From Escherichia phage RB69, in sequence record NC_004928.1: a stretch of DNA of 64,000 bases, one strand, 5' to 3'. Numbering within the stretch: position 1 is the first letter of the stretch; each line of letters starts with the position of its first letter. A program made the position numbers and the translations under genes. The notes beneath the pieces are model-generated. The model was not told the origin of the DNA and made no database searches. It worked only from the letters and a program-made list of their open reading frames with translations. Positions 60,730-64,000 of the stretch are shown piece after piece.

Positions 60730-60875
60730 TACTCGCCTTTTAATACGTTAAGAAGAGCTAAGACTGCTAAGGTACCTTGTGATACTGCTTGTTGAAATAC
60801 TGTTGTTTCGCCTGTAACTAAAGTGTTAACGAATAAAAACGACCAACACAGCAATGCAATAATCCATGCTACCAT
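60729..60875 (-). CDS. small hydrophobic membrane peptide (48 aa)
   Basis: Hand translation MVAWIIALLCWSFLFVNTLVTGETTVF...; between ndd and gene 52. Confidence 0.45.
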   Translation of the reverse strand: MVAWIIALLCWSFLFVNTLVTGETTVFQQAVSQGTLAVLALLNVLKGE

Positions 60876-60927
60876 TTTAATTACCTCACAAATAAATTAA
60901 AGGCCTATTAAGCTAGGCCTATATAAA

Positions 60928-61374
60928 TTAGTAACTCTGCAGAATGAATCTGAAATTATCTGCCAGAAGACGGTTCATTTCAGTGAGTGTTTGATATTCT
61001 GATGAATGATTGCGAGTGAACGCCAGAGCCAATTGACCTTTACCGTAACCAGTAGTCAGAGGTTTCATGTTCTTAGCTGAAACAAAGATTACATCATATT
61101 CAATATTGTTAGTGCCCATGGTACGGGCTAGTTGCGAACGGCCTTGACGAATGTGAGAAAGAATTGCATCCAACCCTTGTTTAGAACGTTGACGTCCTAC
61201 AAAGAATCGTGCTGCTACTTGTCGCCAATCAGATGAACCTTTAACAAAGAAGTAAAAACCTTCACGAGAACGAAACTCTTTAGAAACTTCAGAACCGTAT
61301 TCGCCATTACGAACTACTGCAACAACTTCACCGCCAACTGCCAGAAGGTCTTTACGAGTTAAATATTTGGACAT
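60928..61374 (-). CDS. ndd: nucleoid disruption protein Ndd
   Basis: 148 aa; T4 position and size; early promoter-like element upstream. Confidence 0.75.
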   Translation of the reverse strand: MSKYLTRKDLLAVGGEVVAVVRNGEYGSEVSKEFRSREGFYFFVKGSSDWRQVAARFFVGRQRSKQGLDAILSHIRQGRSQLARTMGTNNIEYDVIFVSAKNMKPLTTGYGKGQLALAFTRNHSSEYQTLTEMNRLLADNFRFILQSY

Positions 61375-61418
61375 GCTAATTTCCTCAATTGATTAATGTT
61401 TTTGTAATCCATGAGAGC

Positions 61419-61448
61419 ATTATACTCTGCTCTCAAGAGTTTGTACAA
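61419..61448 (-). promoter_or_regulatory. early promoter-like element upstream of ndd (TTGTAC -35, TATAAT -10)
   Basis: Near-copy of the element at 33084-33113. Confidence 0.5.
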
Positions 61449-61450
61449 TT

Positions 61451-61651
61451 TTATTCGGTCATATCAGAACGTTCAAAAAGCTCTTCAACAGTTAAACATT
61501 CGGTGTCATCCTCAATAAAGAATCGGGTCCAACACGTTGGGGCGATGCAGTTATGAGTTTGTCCGGCTATAGAAGCTACACGAATAAGCTGCTGACCATT
61601 ATTCAGGACAAATTTTTCACCAATTTCAACATCTTTAAAAAGCTTAGCCAT
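61451..61651 (-). CDS. hypothetical protein
   Basis: 66 aa ORF. Confidence 0.5.
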   Translation of the reverse strand: MAKLFKDVEIGEKFVLNNGQQLIRVASIAGQTHNCIAPTCWTRFFIEDDTECLTVEELFERSDMTE

Positions 61652-61711
61652 TTTGTATTCCTCGTGTTTTGATAGGACTACTATACCATAATCCTACCTT
61701 GATGTAAACAA

Positions 61712-61822
61712 TTAAATTACATTAAAATATGTTAAAGCCAACCATGTTCCGGTGAACGAACATGCGATGTAAAAACCTGTATCGCAAATTGTTCTTAGTA
61801 CAATAAGAAGTGCATTTTTCAT
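61712..61822 (-). CDS. tiny hydrophobic peptide (36 aa)
   Basis: ATGA start/stop overlap with upstream mini-ORF. Confidence 0.3.
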   Translation of the reverse strand: MKNALLIVLRTICDTGFYIACSFTGTWLALTYFNVI

Positions 61823-61905
61823 AAGTACCTCAATACAATTGAAAATATTATACAAATCATAGGGATACTAAGCAACCATATTCCGATCCACATTTTAGAG
61901 CTCAT
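61819..61905 (-). CDS. tiny hydrophobic peptide (28 aa)
   Basis: ATGA overlap with stop of the 87-aa ORF upstream. Confidence 0.3.
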   Translation of the reverse strand: MSSKMWIGIWLLSIPMICIIFSIVLRYL

Positions 61906-62165
61906 ATCTCAACTTCCGCGAGTTCCATATATCCTTTGTTGATAACCTCTTTAAGGTCTTTAGAAAGAATAACACTAAAATGGTCGTTCATATGTCCATT
62001 AACTAAACGAGTTATTTCGGCTTCAGATGACATATAAGGCACGTCTGAGTCCCAATGAGATAGACCTAAATGGGTATAAATCATCCCTTCGTCGTCTGCA
62101 GTGTTGTACATTGAAACAAATTCGCCTGTTACTTTATGTTTTGCGTAGAAAAATTTAAATTTCAT
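61902..62165 (-). CDS. hypothetical protein
   Basis: 87 aa ORF. Confidence 0.5.
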   Translation of the reverse strand: MKFKFFYAKHKVTGEFVSMYNTADDEGMIYTHLGLSHWDSDVPYMSSEAEITRLVNGHMNDHFSVILSKDLKEVINKGYMELAEVEI

Positions 62166-62190
62166 GATGTTATCCTCTTTTAGATAGGAC

Positions 62191-62221
62191 TACTATATCA
62201 TAGTCCTACTTAGTTGTAAAC
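62191..62221 (-). promoter_or_regulatory. early promoter-like element (GTTTACA -35) with dyad symmetry
   Basis: taggacta/tagtccta inverted repeat around AT-rich -10. Confidence 0.35.
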
Positions 62222-62233
62222 ACTTTTATGAAA

Positions 62234-62791
62234 TTAAAGATGAAGATACCACCCGTTGTAGTTGCTCTTGCGGACGATTTTCTTTAGGTCTTCATGGTCT
62301 CCCACGAACTTTATAGAATAAGAGAAGACGTCAGGTGAGGTTTCTTTGACATCTAATATAATAATGCAATCTGCGACTCGATGGTTCAAGAAGGGCCCTA
62401 TATTGATTCCATTACCACCAGGATAATCACCCCTGTATCCTGTGGTAACCGAAATCCATTTACAATCTATCTGGTGCGTTTTGACTTCGACACGCAACCC
62501 GCAGTATTTAGGATGAGCTAACACGTCCCATGCATACGTGTACGGGTCTTCTACGTCTTCATTACCTTTATTAACATATCCGTCTAGCCAATTTGCTACT
62601 ACATACTCTGCAAAGACTGCAACCTTACAACGTCGAACAACGTCTTCTTTTATTTGACCTGGATCTTGTTTCAACGAGTACCGAGCAGTATCAGCGATCT
62701 TAACCTTCATTTCGCTAGTCAAAAACTCATTCGACAGGATAAATGTCGGAAGACTCTTCAGCCTCAACAGTCCCAAGTTCGTCTTTACCAT
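62234..62791 (-). CDS. denB: probable endonuclease IV (DenB) by size and position
   Basis: Track ORF to 62854; Met at 62791 gives 185 aa, the T4 DenB length; adjacent to rIIB. Confidence 0.45.
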   Translation of the reverse strand: MVKTNLGLLRLKSLPTFILSNEFLTSEMKVKIADTARYSLKQDPGQIKEDVVRRCKVAVFAEYVVANWLDGYVNKGNEDVEDPYTYAWDVLAHPKYCGLRVEVKTHQIDCKWISVTTGYRGDYPGGNGINIGPFLNHRVADCIIILDVKETSPDVFSYSIKFVGDHEDLKKIVRKSNYNGWYLHL

Positions 62792-63014
62792 AGATACCTC
62801 TGATGTGTAGTTCACCAAAATAAATGCGGTCACCTTCTTCAAGATATTCTGCATCTACAGGCGGAATTTCAATAACAACTTCGTCGCATTCTAACCAGCC
62901 GTAGTGTGCATCGCCAGGATGTTTTACCAATTTAGCACAATAAACTGATTTACACTTATGATGACCACGAAGATTAGCAATTTTGGATTCTGATACGTCA
63001 AATGGATGAATCAT
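62727..63014 (-). CDS. hypothetical protein (denB.1-like)
   Basis: 95 aa ORF overlapping the proposed denB start. Confidence 0.4.
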   Translation of the reverse strand: MIHPFDVSESKIANLRGHHKCKSVYCAKLVKHPGDAHYGWLECDEVVIEIPPVDAEYLEEGDRIYFGELHIRGIYGKDELGTVEAEESSDIYPVE

Positions 63015-63021
63015 AATTACC

Positions 63022-63051
63022 CCTAAAGAAAAAAGGGGACCGAAGTCCCCA
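63022..63051 (-). terminator. terminator downstream of rIIB
   Basis: ggggac-cgaa-gtcccc followed by T-run on minus strand. Confidence 0.65.
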
Positions 63052-63055
63052 ATTA

Positions 63056-63991
63056 TTATTCTGCAAATAATTCAGTAACGTCTGAAATTACTTCATAACG
63101 ACAAGTACGGGTCGTAGCATCGCCATAGTCAACTGGGATGGATACAACATCACGTGGATGAACTTTAACCTTAACAACTTTATCTGAGCTAGAACCAAAG
63201 TAACGAATATATGATTTAGCGCAAACATGTAGACCACGGGAGCAGGTTTGTGTATCATCATCGTTAACACGAGTACGAGGCATTGAAACAACTTTACCAG
63301 GCGAGTTATCAAATGTGCCACTATAGCAATCTAAATAGTCTTTACGAACTACTTTCCACGCATAGAAATGTCCGTCTTCAGTGATTTCAATATCGTTTGC
63401 AACCAAGAAGTCGAATAAACGTTGTACAGCTTTTTCGCTTGGGTTTTCTAACAGGTTTTCAAGGAACGGCAGATAGAATTTAAAGTCTTCGCCTTTTTCC
63501 ATAGAATCAATAATACGATTAACCAGTCCTGAACGAATTTCTATACCTTGATAAAATAAACTACCACCTTCAATAGTAACATTACCGTCAACAAACTTAG
63601 TAATAGCTTTCTTGATGTTAATAAGTTCGACAGCTTTACTAAGGTTTCCTGCGACCAAATTAGCTTTAATTTCTTCAAAATTTGCATGACTTGATGGGGT
63701 CGCATTGTATGCTACGCGTCCTTCAATGATTGAAATAAATTTAGATGATGCGTTCCATACGATTTCTGGACGATGACCTGTAATAATAGGTTCATTATTT
63801 TCTGGGACCTGTTCTTCGTCTTCAAATTCAGCTGCTTTCTCTTCAGCTTTAAAATTCTTAACAATCTTACGAAGAGTATCTGTTGAAATGTCGAAGTAAT
63901 CGGCAATTTCTTTACGAGTCCATTTGCCTGATTCAACCAGGCCGTAAGCTTCTAACTGTTCTTCTTGGGACAAGCATTTAATATTGTACAT
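63056..63991 (-). CDS. rIIB: rIIB protein
   Basis: 311 aa; MYNIKCL start and conserved C-terminal half as recalled for T4 rIIB. Confidence 0.93.
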   Translation of the reverse strand: MYNIKCLSQEEQLEAYGLVESGKWTRKEIADYFDISTDTLRKIVKNFKAEEKAAEFEDEEQVPENNEPIITGHRPEIVWNASSKFISIIEGRVAYNATPSSHANFEEIKANLVAGNLSKAVELINIKKAITKFVDGNVTIEGGSLFYQGIEIRSGLVNRIIDSMEKGEDFKFYLPFLENLLENPSEKAVQRLFDFLVANDIEITEDGHFYAWKVVRKDYLDCYSGTFDNSPGKVVSMPRTRVNDDDTQTCSRGLHVCAKSYIRYFGSSSDKVVKVKVHPRDVVSIPVDYGDATTRTCRYEVISDVTELFAE

Positions 63992-64000
63992 AATGTTTCC

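Overview
This window is a contiguous block of a T4-like (T-even, Tequatrovirus-type) phage genome, colinear with the T4 map from gene 19 to rIIB. No rRNA, tRNA, CRISPR array, transposon or integrase was found. Content by region: (1) 1-7400, head morphogenesis genes on the + strand (19 partial, 20, 67, 68, 21, 22, 23, 24); (2) 7400-14000, rnlB, hoc, inh, uvsW, uvsY; (3) 14000-21400, baseplate and tape-measure genes (25, 26, 51, 27, 28, 29, 48, 54); (4) 21400-45700, a long minus-strand early/middle block (alt, DNA ligase, 30.x ORFs, rIII, 31, cd, pseT, spanins, rnlA, denA, nrdB, nrdA, td, frd, 32, 59, 33, dsbA, rnh); (5) 45800-56300, long tail fibre genes 34-37, a T2/T6-type gp38 adhesin and holin t; (6) 56300-64000, asiA, small ORFs, motA, 52, membrane peptides, ndd, denB, rIIB. 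td and nrdB lack the T4 introns, and no seg or I-Tev homing endonuclease genes are present. The most notable observation is a set of local reading-frame disruptions confined to dispensable genes (nrdB, alt, cd, rnh and a small ORF between 23 and 24); in nrdB and alt the long ORF stays open while the conserved catalytic segment is encoded in another frame. Whether these are real mutations or indel sequencing errors cannot be decided from sequence alone. Other points worth follow-up are a NADAR-like protein in the 30.x block, the gp37 C-terminal chaperone-like domain with the gp38 adhesin, and repeated dyad-symmetric early-promoter modules. Gene identities come from hand translation and recalled similarity to T4 and E. 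coli proteins; names of small ORFs are positional guesses. I found no clearly novel multi-gene system.
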